A stretch of 64,000 bases of DNA, from NCBI GenBank assembly GCA_000004985.1, contig GG738915.1. The stretch is one strand, 5' to 3'. The translations under genes were made by a program, and so were the position numbers. The notes under the pieces are model-generated. The model did not search any database, was not told the origin of the DNA, and was given only the letters and a program-made list of their open reading frames with translations. Source of the DNA: Naegleria gruberi (lineage: Eukaryota). This document shows, one piece after another, positions 32,201 through 42,098 of the stretch (its first letter is position 1; each line of letters opens with the position of its first letter).

Positions 32201-33277
32201 AATAGCATTGAAACAGACATTATCTTCAAGAAGGAAATAATTAGTATCATGAACCACATAACATCTCTGGAATGAATCATGAACAGAACATCCCCTAATA
32301 TAGTATTGAGTGCCAAATGTTGAGTTTTGTGCAGTATTTTCCAGGAGGTGAAGATGGAATGAATATCTTCCCATCAAGCCATATTGACCAAACTTTCTAA
32401 TTTCAATTCCTTCAACTTGAAATTGAGTAACCAAACGAACCATGAAATGACCACCGAATTGTGAAACATCAGATGAGTTGTCACCTTGGAAGATAATTCT
32501 TCTGGAGAGTAAACCAACTTCAGGTCTAATTTCAGCACCATTGCTGTAGTGAGTATAATTGAGTGGAGAATCTAATACAATGGTTTTACCACCGTCTAAA
32601 ACTTGAGTAATGACACGTTCTTCGTTTTGATCAGGGAAGTAATTACCAATTTTCCAATTGACCAATGATGAGCTAACTAATCTATAATCATAAACTTCAC
32701 CATAATCTGATGAGGCAATAACAATAGAGTCGCCAACTCTCCATGATACGCTTTCCCTCAACTTGATTTGATTAGAACCTTTCTTTGCAGTTACAGCAAG
32801 ATCAGTAAAAGTTGGTGAGTCAACTTGACCAAAGATTTGAACCTTGGATCCAGATAAGAAACCAATACCCTTTGAACCCATGTTAACGTTATCAAAAGGA
32901 TCGATACCAATTTCACTTTCTGTAGTGCGAGAACCATAGAATGTCAAAATAATCTTGTTAGTAATTGGACATGTGGCACTTCCCATGATCCAGCTAGCAC
33001 CACTTTCAACTCGAATGTAATCTACATGCAAAGTTAAATTGGCATTATCGAAAATGAGAGAACCACCAGATAGTACAGTAATACTGCGAAGTTTGTAAGG
33101 AGGAGATTTATCAACCTTGACAGCTTTGTTAATAGTAATTTGACTGTTGGCAACTGAAAAACCAGACAAAGAACTGAACAAAGTAAGACCGCTTTCAGCA
33201 TGTGGACAATTGGTTTGACAACATGCTAAACATGCAAGTGCAAGAATAGTAACAACTAGTGTCAGTAATCTTGACAT
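29229..33277 (-). CDS. CEMIP/TMEM2-like secreted or type-I membrane protein (signal peptide, G8 domain, parallel beta-helix PbH1 repeats, GG-type domain, Ser/Thr-rich stalk, C-terminal TM anchor). Exons about complement(join(29229..31289,31290..31892,31998..33277)) with an unresolved frame change near 31290.
   Basis: Signal peptide 'MSRLLTLVVTILALACLACC'. Matches to human CEMIP/TMEM2: 'GDSIVIASSDYGEVYDY', 'EIRPEVGLLSRRIIFQG', 'NAIGHEYFLEDGSELGNVFKHN', 'VFWITNPNNSFIDN', 'FTAYKLRNYGIWARCGNI', 'FMDIDGSIT...CEIRSEWNNASVC'. The 105-nt intron 31893..31997 (GTAAGT/AG) joins 'KHCYWFT|PTFPTG'. The C-terminal 'MVGVLMIALVVSTLNFVL' is a TM or GPI-like tail. Confidence 0.75.
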
Positions 33278-34121
33278 TTTTTTTTTGATGTGTTAAAAAA
33301 CAATGCATCGATAGCTCCTTAAAAACAAACTCTTAGAGTAACGCAATATTGATTGATGATACAAGGTCTTATGAGAAGTTACCTGTCAAATGCTACTTTT
33401 TCATTAAATGGTCGTTAAGGAATTAAAGAAAGAGATGAATTTCTTAATATTGTACTTGGTCATCCATTAATGATAACTCTGTATTCCAATAAATCGTTGT
33501 ATTGAAGAGATTGTAACAATGAGTGTTGTTTCGTTTTTTTGTGGTGATTGATTGGCTATTAACATGTCCCTAATTTGGTGTTACTCCTTGAAATTGTAAC
33601 ACATTCGAAAAAATGAAGAATACTTGTTAGTTTCATTGGTAACACACAATGTACAGCGGTATGTTGACGTGTTGATTGAAAGACTGTACAGAAACAAACT
33701 ATCCCTTCTTGTTTCTCAAGGGAAAATAAAGTGGCTGATGAACTGAATTGAGTGTTGTATAAGTTTTCAATTCCAAATTGAAACAGTTCTTCTGGAATGA
33801 GAGAATAAAAACCGTAAATAAGAGGATATTTGGTAAATGATTTTATGGTCCAACAAATGAAGATACTGAGATTTTGAAAAAAACATCTGCATGCTGTTTC
33901 TTCTAAGGAGTTTAATTATTTTCATCAGTACTACAAATAATGGTACACAGAAGGACTTTGAGAATGGTTAATTGGATTTAAACGTGCTTTAGTTTTAATG
34001 TTAAATGTAATGAAACTTAAAAAAGAAGTTTATGAACAATCAAAAACTTAAATTAAGATATTAAAGTGATTTCTAATAATAAATAATATCAAGAATAAAT
34101 TCTGATAAAAATCTTAAAAAA
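33278..34121. promoter_or_regulatory. Divergent intergenic promoter region (CEMIP-like gene on the minus strand, lipoyl-like gene on the plus strand)
   Basis: 840-bp ORF-free spacer between two divergent start codons. Confidence 0.3.
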
Positions 34122-34568
34122 ATGCTAAGACTAAAGCCCGTTATTCGAAACTACACTGTTATCGGAAATTCAAGAGGATTTCACACTGCAATAACCCTCA
34201 ACACTGAAATTGTTATCAAAATGCCAAATATCTCTTTTGGTTTTGGTGGAAGCTGTGTTGAAAAGATAGACATTGATTATTGTGTGAAAGAGGGCCAACA
34301 TTGTAAAGCAAACGAAGAACTGTTTTATTTTACAGGATATCCATCTAATATTCATGGTGGTGTTAGAGCCTTACAATCAGGAGTTGTGAAAAAGCTGTTG
34401 GCAGATCCAAACATTCAAGCTCAAGAAGGAGCACGTCAGGAAATGTTGATTTTTGACACTGACGAAACTCCAGTAGAGGAATACTTGCCAGAGAAAAAAG
34501 AACCAATTGAAAAGAAAAAGAAGGTTAAAGAAATTGGAGATGGATTTTATAATATTTCTATTTTTTAA
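34122..34568 (+). CDS. Small mitochondrial-presequence protein with a lipoyl/biotinyl-attachment-like 'hybrid motif' domain that lacks the modifiable lysine
   Basis: 'IVIKMPNISFGFGGSCVEKI.DYCVKEGQHCKANEELFYFTGYPSNIHGGVRALQSGVVKKLLADPNIQAQEG' parallels a lipoyl domain (IKMPSLS..EG.IVKW..KEGD.V..GD.LCEIETDKA...SGVVKEILV.EG). 'FTGYPSN' replaces ETDKA. Confidence 0.5.
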   Translation: MLRLKPVIRNYTVIGNSRGFHTAITLNTEIVIKMPNISFGFGGSCVEKIDIDYCVKEGQHCKANEELFYFTGYPSNIHGGVRALQSGVVKKLLADPNIQAQEGARQEMLIFDTDETPVEEYLPEKKEPIEKKKKVKEIGDGFYNISIF

Positions 34569-34645
34569 AGAATAATTATTTCAACAATCTTTTTAATTTT
34601 TATTGTAAATTGGAATTAAACAAAACCACCATATATATAGACAGT

Positions 34646-36607
34646 TCAATTACCAAAATCCAATGGATAGTAACCAACATGATATAGTGGTTCTCTTAGT
34701 GTTGTGTCCTCTAATTTAAATTTCAAATGTTTCTCTGTGCAGTTCAGTAAATGTTCTTCCACTTCTTTGGTTGGATATTCTTCCTTACAACAAGGACAAA
34801 CAGAAAGAGTTCTCAACTGATTGGTATTTTTCTTGCACAGATCAGGTAGATTGTGACAAGTTGCCAAATGTCCAGTTATTAACCGTCTTGGAAAAACCTT
34901 TAAACATCCAGGGCAAGAAATCTCTGCTTCTTGCAGAGCTTGTTTAAATTCCTTTCTCTGTTCTATAATAATGTCGATATCTTGGTCGTAATCAATTTGA
35001 GCCAATGCAGAATTATCATTTGAAATTCTTGGTTTAGTACGAAAAACAAGTTTTGGAATTCTCTCCAGTTGAAGAATTGTTTCATTGTATAGATTAGGTA
35101 ATTTCTTCAATGAGACCCAGCACATTCTCAATGGTTCATCAAGTGTTGTCTTGAGCAAGCTTTCATTTTCAAGAAATTCCATGTATGGGAATGTGAATAA
35201 CAATTTTGAAAGGTTTTTGTAATTTCTTGAAAGAGCAGAAATCAACTCGAAATATTTCACCTCATCATCAGAACCTTGATGTTCATAAAAAGATATTCTA
35301 AAGGTTTCCAGATGAATCATTCCTGAAATGGATTCTCTTACAAGATGACAATCCTTCGACTTGACATCTTCCAATACCAAATGTTTCACATTAACAAATC
35401 CAGAAACGAAAGAACCCAATCTAATTTTCGAAAAAGTATCTCCAATAATCCTTATATACAATTCCTCAATCATTCCTCCAACGCCTCCATAATCAAATGG
35501 AATATTTTGCATTAAGTTTGATTTGAAAAATTCCAATCCCAATGTTAATCTTCTCAATTGTGGATTATTGGCAAGATTTTTACAAAGCTTTTCGAGCGCA
35601 TTTCGAATATCCTGTTCCGTAAGATGTCTTTCAAGGAATTCAGTTGTTATATTATAATCTACCACCCTACTCTTCTCATTGAACACTTCTTTAGCTAATA
35701 ACCCAAAATCTCTTCTATTACTTTTACAAACCAGTAAATTATTACGTGATTCATTATATTCAAACTCTTGCTTGTCATAAAAGTAGAAATTCTCTGAAAA
35801 GTACAAATATTCGAAATGTCCAGAACCGTACCGAGGCAATCTAGTATTGTCAATGACTGCAATTTTTGATTTCATCAAAATATCTCTCAATAAATCCCCA
35901 CTAGAATCCCCAATTACATTTGAAAGTGAAACAAGCTCAGTATCTTTACAAATTTTAACCAACTCTCCCATGGTTTCAACATCCATACTTTCCCATAACT
36001 GTTCTCCATATGGAGATGTTCCATTATTAAACAAGTTAAGTGTAAATCTTCGAAGAGCTGGCTCAGTTAAACTATTTGGAATGTAACCACCTTTCAAACT
36101 CTGCAGTCTTGTGAAAAATTCAATTGATTCTCTCTGTGCTCTATTTGGAATGAAAACTTTCTCATTCCTTGCCAGTGGATTCAAGTTTCCGAATAGACGA
36201 AACTGTTTTCTGCAAATAATATCTTCAATTTGACCATTGATGAATAAATATTTGATTGTCATTCGATTCGATTGGACAAACTTGATCGTGTATCGAACAA
36301 ATGGCAATAGATTTGTTTGAACATTAGTTTCTGTCATGACATTTGGTTGTTCTTCTTCAGATAGGAGCTGGACATTCGGATAGAAATGTAGAGTTTCTAA
36401 TTTTTCAATGACTAATCTTCGCCATGATGAACAAACATGTGGAATAACTTTGATCAACAGGTGAAAATCAAGGTATGGAAATAATCGATAGAAAGCAACT
36501 TCTTCTGGTACCTGTTGATGAAAATACATTTTTTTTAATTGTGTCATATGAACCTTTCGAATATTGTAATAAACGAATCTAAGAAATAATTCAATGGCAT
36601 TGAACAT
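34646..36607 (-). CDS. F-box protein with C-terminal TRAF-like/C2HC zinc-finger region
   Basis: F-box 'VPEEVAFYRLFPYLDFHLLIKVIPHVCSSWRRLV'. C-terminal 'CPGCLKVF...HLATCHNLPDLC...CPCCKEEYPTKEVEEHLLNC'. Confidence 0.55.
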   Translation of the reverse strand: MFNAIELFLRFVYYNIRKVHMTQLKKMYFHQQVPEEVAFYRLFPYLDFHLLIKVIPHVCSSWRRLVIEKLETLHFYPNVQLLSEEEQPNVMTETNVQTNLLPFVRYTIKFVQSNRMTIKYLFINGQIEDIICRKQFRLFGNLNPLARNEKVFIPNRAQRESIEFFTRLQSLKGGYIPNSLTEPALRRFTLNLFNNGTSPYGEQLWESMDVETMGELVKICKDTELVSLSNVIGDSSGDLLRDILMKSKIAVIDNTRLPRYGSGHFEYLYFSENFYFYDKQEFEYNESRNNLLVCKSNRRDFGLLAKEVFNEKSRVVDYNITTEFLERHLTEQDIRNALEKLCKNLANNPQLRRLTLGLEFFKSNLMQNIPFDYGGVGGMIEELYIRIIGDTFSKIRLGSFVSGFVNVKHLVLEDVKSKDCHLVRESISGMIHLETFRISFYEHQGSDDEVKYFELISALSRNYKNLSKLLFTFPYMEFLENESLLKTTLDEPLRMCWVSLKKLPNLYNETILQLERIPKLVFRTKPRISNDNSALAQIDYDQDIDIIIEQRKEFKQALQEAEISCPGCLKVFPRRLITGHLATCHNLPDLCKKNTNQLRTLSVCPCCKEEYPTKEVEEHLLNCTEKHLKFKLEDTTLREPLYHVGYYPLDFGN

Positions 36608-36714
36608 CTAAAGTTTATTTCCAATATTTCTCGATCAAAAATTCCAATCCTTTACACAATTTGTATATTCATGTAAAAAGTCTTACTAAATTGACCAAAA
36701 TAATGTAATATAAT

Positions 36715-36936
36715 TTATCTTTTTCTTCCATCATATCTCCAATCATAAAAATCCAGACATTCAATCTCATTAACCGAATCCATATCAATAAAACCAAACT
36801 TCTTCTGACCCTTATTCTTCTTGAGAGATTTACAAGGATTACCAGTATGGCACATATGACAATGAACAACGCGACATTTACCTCTCTGTCTGGTCTTATT
36901 AGTGTGTTTTCCACTCAATTTACCTTCCCTCTTCAT
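36715..36936 (-). CDS. ELF1: Transcription elongation factor 1 (ELF1)-like small zinc-ribbon protein (73 aa)
   Basis: Basic N-terminus, then 'HCHMCHTGNPC' (compare ELF1 'CLFCNHEKSVSC') and 'KSLKKNKGQ' (compare 'TLDKKNSIG'). C-terminal 'IECLDFYDWRYDG' (compare 'VDVYSDWFDAVEE'). The second CxxC pair is replaced. Confidence 0.45.
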   Translation of the reverse strand: MKREGKLSGKHTNKTRQRGKCRVVHCHMCHTGNPCKSLKKNKGQKKFGFIDMDSVNEIECLDFYDWRYDGRKR

Positions 36937-37140
36937 GGTGAAATGTTTTGAAAGTGTTCTGATTGAAACGTGTGTTTTGTAGGTGTGTTGTTTTTTCTAA
37001 AGTGATATTTTTAAAAATAGATTTATTGGCGGAAATTAAAAGAAATTAAGATGTTGAAGTGTAAAGTTCGGAGAAAGGAAAACAACGATTTTCATTAGAT
37101 GTTACAATAAATAAATAAATATTTTACAATGGAACTTCGT

Positions 37141-40100
37141 TTAATGCATAGCTTGGCTGTGGATCATGTTGGACACGGAATGGACATTGAAAAGGTTGTA
37201 AATCAGCTCAATGTTTGCTGTTCGAATGGTGTTGAAAGATTCCAAATCTTTGAGCCATTTCTGTAGAGTTTCAATAATGGTATGCTCATCGTCTGGTTTA
37301 TACAATCCAACAGATATGCCAATCTTGAACTTGTTGATAAAGTTTTCCAGTGTTGTGTCTGGTTGATGATGCAGGGCAATGATTGCATTCTGTGTGGCCA
37401 TTGATTGAAATACAATTGGTGGAATGGAAACTTGTGAAGTGCTTTGGACACCACACGAGTCACTAAATAGATTCACATGAGAATAGGGAGAGAAGAGTCG
37501 AAGGTACTTTTTGAGAGTTCTACTACTTGCCTTCTTTCCTGGCTTGACAAAGAGGATTCTATCAGGATGTTTGGAAGTGAGCTCTTCAATCATTGAGAAT
37601 AGTTTGATGGTGTTATGAGTTTTAGATTCCTTTTCATTTCTGTCCTCAGGGAAAATGTCAAGATTGTAAGATAATTTCTTATCGGTGAGAAGAAGGAATT
37701 TCACTCTTTCAAGATGTTCGCTCTCCAAAATATATTTGATGATTTTAAAGACATCAGAATCACATCTACTCTTGTCCTCATCTGAAATCCAATAACTGAT
37801 TATCAAATCCTTTGAATTCTCGTCGAAATTCAGAATATCTTTCGAACCAATAAGAGTAAAGTCTTCTTCGTTAACATTCACCAAATAGTCGAGCTTCTTA
37901 TCAGATGGCTTGACACGGAACTCTGCCAAATTGACCAATGAAGGATACAGAACACTAGTCTTCTCAGATTTGATTTCAATAAGACTTGATAACTGAGTCA
38001 AGTCTGGAGAAGAGAGGAAGGTCTTGTAAACGAGATCATTATGTTTTACACTCTCAGTTATGTACTTGTTGGTGTTTGATGTGTAAATATAATCCAAAAC
38101 TCTAGTAAACTCCATCAATTGAGGAGGTAATAAAGATAATGACTTGTAACCAAGAATGCTTTCCATTATGAAAATATTATGAATATGTCTTGTAGAAATG
38201 ACATATTGAATTAGTAGGGAGAGTACATGTTCATCTGGAGGCAAAGTTTTGTCAACAAAATGATTCAGATGGAAAATATCTGTCGAATATCTTTCCAATT
38301 CTGCACGATAGGCATGATTTGATTCTTCTGTGTCAGTAGTTATTACAACCACGTGCCAGTCGTACTCAAATATAAATGATTCCATGAGTTTAACTATGAA
38401 TTCTCTTCTTCTTGGGTCATTTAAATTTTCTGAGACCAGAATGATTGATCTATCTTTACCCTTGTGGAATTTGTGACGATCATGAGCCAGTCTCCTCAGA
38501 ATTGTCTTTGAGTTTGGAATTTTAACTTTGGTAGTGAGGTATCCTCTGCTTTGCAGCTCTTTTGCTGCCTTCTCCTCAAACATGGTCTTGTATCTCTTTT
38601 TCAGATGTGTGCTGATAAATTTCTTTTCCTCTGACTTTTCAGTGGTTACTCTATCAGAATCCTTTTCCTTCCCTTGAATATTGTGCCAAAGCAAAACTTC
38701 TGGAATGGTCCATGAACGATAGCCTTTTTGGATATATTTCACCCAAAAATCCCAAATAACTAATGAGTATTCCATAGGATTAGAATTAAATCCTCCTAAT
38801 TTTTCAAAAACTTGTTTCTCAATCATAAAGGTGGAATGGAACAAGTTCTTTTGTGTTAACATTTGGGCAGACTCCTGTACTCGATACAGATTGAAGAATT
38901 TCATCTTATCAAATTCTAGTGTCATTGTATTCACCATAGTAATAGGTGTGGATGTGGAGAGTGTTTGGAATTCCAAGAAGAGAAATAATTTCTCAAGCAA
39001 AGAAGGTTCAATCATGCCCCCTGACTCTACAAATGTTAAATACCTCGATTCTTTTGCTAAATATTTACATGCTACAATTTTGAGCATTCCTTGTGATTGC
39101 TTCTCATTTGAAAAGATGAGAGAAATCTTGTTTGTTTTGTACATTTTTCCAATATCTATTGGTGTTTCTTTTTCCACTGTTGGATTGATAGAGAGCCACC
39201 TTAATATCTTATCATGAGGCTCGCCTTGGTTTACAATGATAATCCACTCAAAATATCTAAATGTTTGTCTCAATATTGAGTCTCGTGTGTTCTTGAAGGA
39301 ATCTTCATTTGAAAAAGTAGTAATTACAGAAACTAGAGGAGTATCCTTTCCTAAATGATTATTATTGAATTTGTGAACACTAATTTTCTCTTTGGAATAG
39401 ATTCTATAGTTGGATATTGGAGTATTTTGAAATAAAAATTCATCATATGGCATGACTGGCAGTATCGAGTCCATTTGTTCGAAATATGAAGTATGATTTT
39501 TAGAGTTGACATGTTTAGAAATTATTGAATGGTGTTTTGATTTGACAGTCTTTTTTGAATTTCCTTGTTGATGCTTGCCTCTCAAAATATGTCCATGTGA
39601 ATGAACAGTATCTTTTTGTTGAGTAGCAACTTCCTTATGAATAGGTAGACCCTTGTCATCTTTTGAAATTACAGTCTCTGTTCTATATATTGAAATAAAT
39701 CCTGAAATGAGTAGAAACATCAAAATGATTACAAGTAAGAAGGCAGTAAGTGTGCATTCCACTTTTTCAGGTCTTTCTTTCAGCATTTTAGTTTCATCAA
39801 TTGTATTTCTCTTTCCTCTCTTACTCTTTTTTGCTGGTTTTGAATTAAACCTCTTCATGACGCTCCTATTTCTGTTTGTTGAAGAGTATGAGAAGGAAGT
39901 TCCTCTTTCCACATCGTAATCGTCATCATCATCGTCATCACCATCTAAAGTAATAAAACTTCCTCTTCCTCTAGGTAGATAATCATCACCATCCGAATCA
40001 TCAAACTCCTCCTCTCCACTCGAATTTGTATAATTTTGATAATCTTGATCATCCATGATATTAATTCCCAAATCAACTTCTCTCATTTCTTCGTCATCAT

Positions 40101-40230
40101 CGGAATCATCCACTCCATCATCCCTCCTCTTTTTAAATAACTGTTTATGAATATCAACCTTCCTTTGAGTTGTCGAAGAAGCAGAAGAACCTCCACGAAC
40201 AAACGAAGGAGGACCAAAACCTTGAAACAT
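37141..40230 (-). CDS. Type II membrane glycosyltransferase (acidic N-terminal tail, one TM, GT2-like catalytic module and a second GT-like C-terminal module)
   Basis: TM 'LTAFLLVIILMFLLISGFISIY'. GT2-like 'VSVITTFSNEDSFKNTRDSILRQTFRYFEWIIIVNQGE'. Large 1029-aa single exon. Confidence 0.55.
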   Translation of the reverse strand: MFQGFGPPSFVRGGSSASSTTQRKVDIHKQLFKKRRDDGVDDSDDDEEMREVDLGINIMDDQDYQNYTNSSGEEEFDDSDGDDYLPRGRGSFITLDGDDDDDDDYDVERGTSFSYSSTNRNRSVMKRFNSKPAKKSKRGKRNTIDETKMLKERPEKVECTLTAFLLVIILMFLLISGFISIYRTETVISKDDKGLPIHKEVATQQKDTVHSHGHILRGKHQQGNSKKTVKSKHHSIISKHVNSKNHTSYFEQMDSILPVMPYDEFLFQNTPISNYRIYSKEKISVHKFNNNHLGKDTPLVSVITTFSNEDSFKNTRDSILRQTFRYFEWIIIVNQGEPHDKILRWLSINPTVEKETPIDIGKMYKTNKISLIFSNEKQSQGMLKIVACKYLAKESRYLTFVESGGMIEPSLLEKLFLFLEFQTLSTSTPITMVNTMTLEFDKMKFFNLYRVQESAQMLTQKNLFHSTFMIEKQVFEKLGGFNSNPMEYSLVIWDFWVKYIQKGYRSWTIPEVLLWHNIQGKEKDSDRVTTEKSEEKKFISTHLKKRYKTMFEEKAAKELQSRGYLTTKVKIPNSKTILRRLAHDRHKFHKGKDRSIILVSENLNDPRRREFIVKLMESFIFEYDWHVVVITTDTEESNHAYRAELERYSTDIFHLNHFVDKTLPPDEHVLSLLIQYVISTRHIHNIFIMESILGYKSLSLLPPQLMEFTRVLDYIYTSNTNKYITESVKHNDLVYKTFLSSPDLTQLSSLIEIKSEKTSVLYPSLVNLAEFRVKPSDKKLDYLVNVNEEDFTLIGSKDILNFDENSKDLIISYWISDEDKSRCDSDVFKIIKYILESEHLERVKFLLLTDKKLSYNLDIFPEDRNEKESKTHNTIKLFSMIEELTSKHPDRILFVKPGKKASSRTLKKYLRLFSPYSHVNLFSDSCGVQSTSQVSIPPIVFQSMATQNAIIALHHQPDTTLENFINKFKIGISVGLYKPDDEHTIIETLQKWLKDLESFNTIRTANIELIYNLFNVHSVSNMIHSQAMH

Positions 40231-40321
40231 TTTTTTAATATTATTAGATTTTTATTTTCGAGATATTTGATGAATCATCTAGTTTACAAAAGCAGATCTC
40301 ATTATCCAATGGAACGACCTT

Positions 40322-41257
40322 TTAAAAGATGGATAATGTTGGGAAGAGTAAGATCCAAAAGCTTATCAATCCAAAAACGTAAAAAGTGGCAATAATTGGC
40401 TTACTCATGTTAAAACTTGGTAAACCCATTTGATTGCAGTAGGCATGTAAAAGGATGGCAGCAAGAATGCAACTAGTTTTTGCATAAATGTATCCACAAT
40501 AGAACCCAAATACTGATGTGTAGGTGAATTGCACTATAACATTAATAAGTGCAGAGGTAATTGACATTTGTCCATGTACAACATGTTCAATAATATGATG
40601 GCAATGGCAAACTCCAAATAAGAGGCATGCAATCAGTAATGAGCTCAACAATGAAATTCCTCCATAATAATACAATAAATAATGTAAACAAGTTCTAAAT
40701 ACAATTTCCTCAGTCAATGGACCCATTACAATAGCTCTGAATGAGAAGAGTCCTTGTTCATCCTGAATAACTTTCTGCTCATCTAAAAGGAAAGCAGTGA
40801 ACAATTTCGACATTTCCAACAAGTTTGTACACAATTCCACAAATGATTTGCACACCCACTCAATTTTCCTCTTAATATAATCCATATTCAATTTGGAAAC
40901 TTCATCTACTTCCAATTCCTCAGCAATAGGACCCAAAAACAAGCAAGTATTCAAAAAGATTGCAATAATTATTGCCAAAATTTGGTAATGTATCTGGGCA
41001 AAATTAAATCCCATAGAGGAGAGTAATCCCATTTCCTGATGACTTTCATGATTTCCGAAGAATAAATAAACAAGACAGGAATAAATTATCGAGACCAATG
41101 ATGACAAGAGAACAGAGATACTTCTACGGCGAACTTGTGATGGTTCATTCCTAGATTTTGCTAAACTTCCATCCCACATATACAACGATCCGACATACAA
41201 TGCCGAGAGTACAATGGCGTGAATGACGGCAAGGATTTCTCTACTATTTTCAAGCAT
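40322..41257 (-). CDS. RCE1: CAAX prenyl protease 2 (Rce1, CPBP-family intramembrane protease)
   Basis: Motifs 'LTEEIVFRTCLH' (EExxxR), 'FGVCHCHH' (FxxxH) and 'HAYCNQM' (HxxxN) within a polytopic membrane protein. The first ATG is at 41257. Confidence 0.7.
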   Translation of the reverse strand: MLENSREILAVIHAIVLSALYVGSLYMWDGSLAKSRNEPSQVRRRSISVLLSSLVSIIYSCLVYLFFGNHESHQEMGLLSSMGFNFAQIHYQILAIIIAIFLNTCLFLGPIAEELEVDEVSKLNMDYIKRKIEWVCKSFVELCTNLLEMSKLFTAFLLDEQKVIQDEQGLFSFRAIVMGPLTEEIVFRTCLHYLLYYYGGISLLSSLLIACLLFGVCHCHHIIEHVVHGQMSITSALINVIVQFTYTSVFGFYCGYIYAKTSCILAAILLHAYCNQMGLPSFNMSKPIIATFYVFGLISFWILLFPTLSIF

Positions 41258-41323
41258 TTTTTTCAAGTTGACTTTATTTATTTAATTATTGTTTAATTTA
41301 AATTAATTTATTATTTACAATGT

Positions 41324-42033
41324 TTACGATATTAATTTTACAAGACCTTGTTGAATGAGATATTCTGCATCACCTAATTGAATGAATAAATGTGAACCTT
41401 GAACCAAGTTATAGGTCTTGCCACTTTCTAGCAATCTACTGCCACTTGTTTTGAGAACTTCAACTTCCACACAATCTCCTTTAGGTGGATTGGCATGTTT
41501 ATATAAATCAAAACCAATTTCCTCTCCATAACTATCAATTAATTGTCTGTATTCTGTTGCAAATCGTTGTTCATTGTCACTCAAATCTTTCCAAATTGGT
41601 GTATTTTCAATACTTTCATGATGCATGGTGCTGATAGATTTCACTCTATCAAATCTTGTATGAAGATAGGCCAATAATATTCTCTTATATCTTTCATAAA
41701 TTGTGAAAATTAAAGCAGATGACATTCTCAGTTTTTCCGTATCCTCTTCACTCAGTTCCTCTTCTTGTGTATTTTGTGTCATGATATCAATAATTTGGTC
41801 CGAAAGAATATTGACTTCTCTGATTACAGAAGATACAAGCTCACTCTGTGATTATTTCATTCCGATCATTTCATCATCAAGCATGTTATATTAATTATTA
41901 AATTATTTAAATAATTATTAGTAATTTGTGATTACTATTGTGTGCAATTATTTAGAAAACCTACGTTGAATGGAGGCAGTGTATTGTCTCTGGTTTGGTT
42001 TAGTTCGTGAAGCAGCTGTAACGATTTCTCCAT
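41324..42033 (-). CDS. GINS1: GINS complex subunit Psf1 (GINS1). Exons complement(join(41324..41845,41965..42033)).
   Basis: 'ERYKRILLAYLHTRFDRV' (compare RNRRCTVAYLYDRLLRI). C-terminal B-domain 'PPKGDCVEVEVLKTSG...HLFIQLGDAEYLIQQGLVKLIS'. The upstream exon 'MEKSLQLLHELNQTRDNTLPPFN' joins through a GTAGGT...cacag intron (119 nt) to 'SELVSSVIREV', matching human 'LPAFNEDGLRQVLEEM'. Confidence 0.75.
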
Positions 42034-42098
42034 TTTTTTATTTTTGAAAATTTGAAATGAATCTTGGCGGGAAATAATATTTGAGAAGAATTATTGAT

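Noticed and set aside
36715-36936. Assignment as ribosomal protein L37e or L34e
   Set aside because: The 'GKHTNKTR' resemblance is compositional only. Cys spacing and the C-terminal 'DFYDWRYDG' fit Elf1 better. Even the ELF1 call is kept at low confidence.
39653-39919. 88-aa plus-strand ORF inside the glycosyltransferase gene
   Set aside because: It is antisense to a 1029-aa ORF with domain support, and has hydrophobic low-complexity composition.
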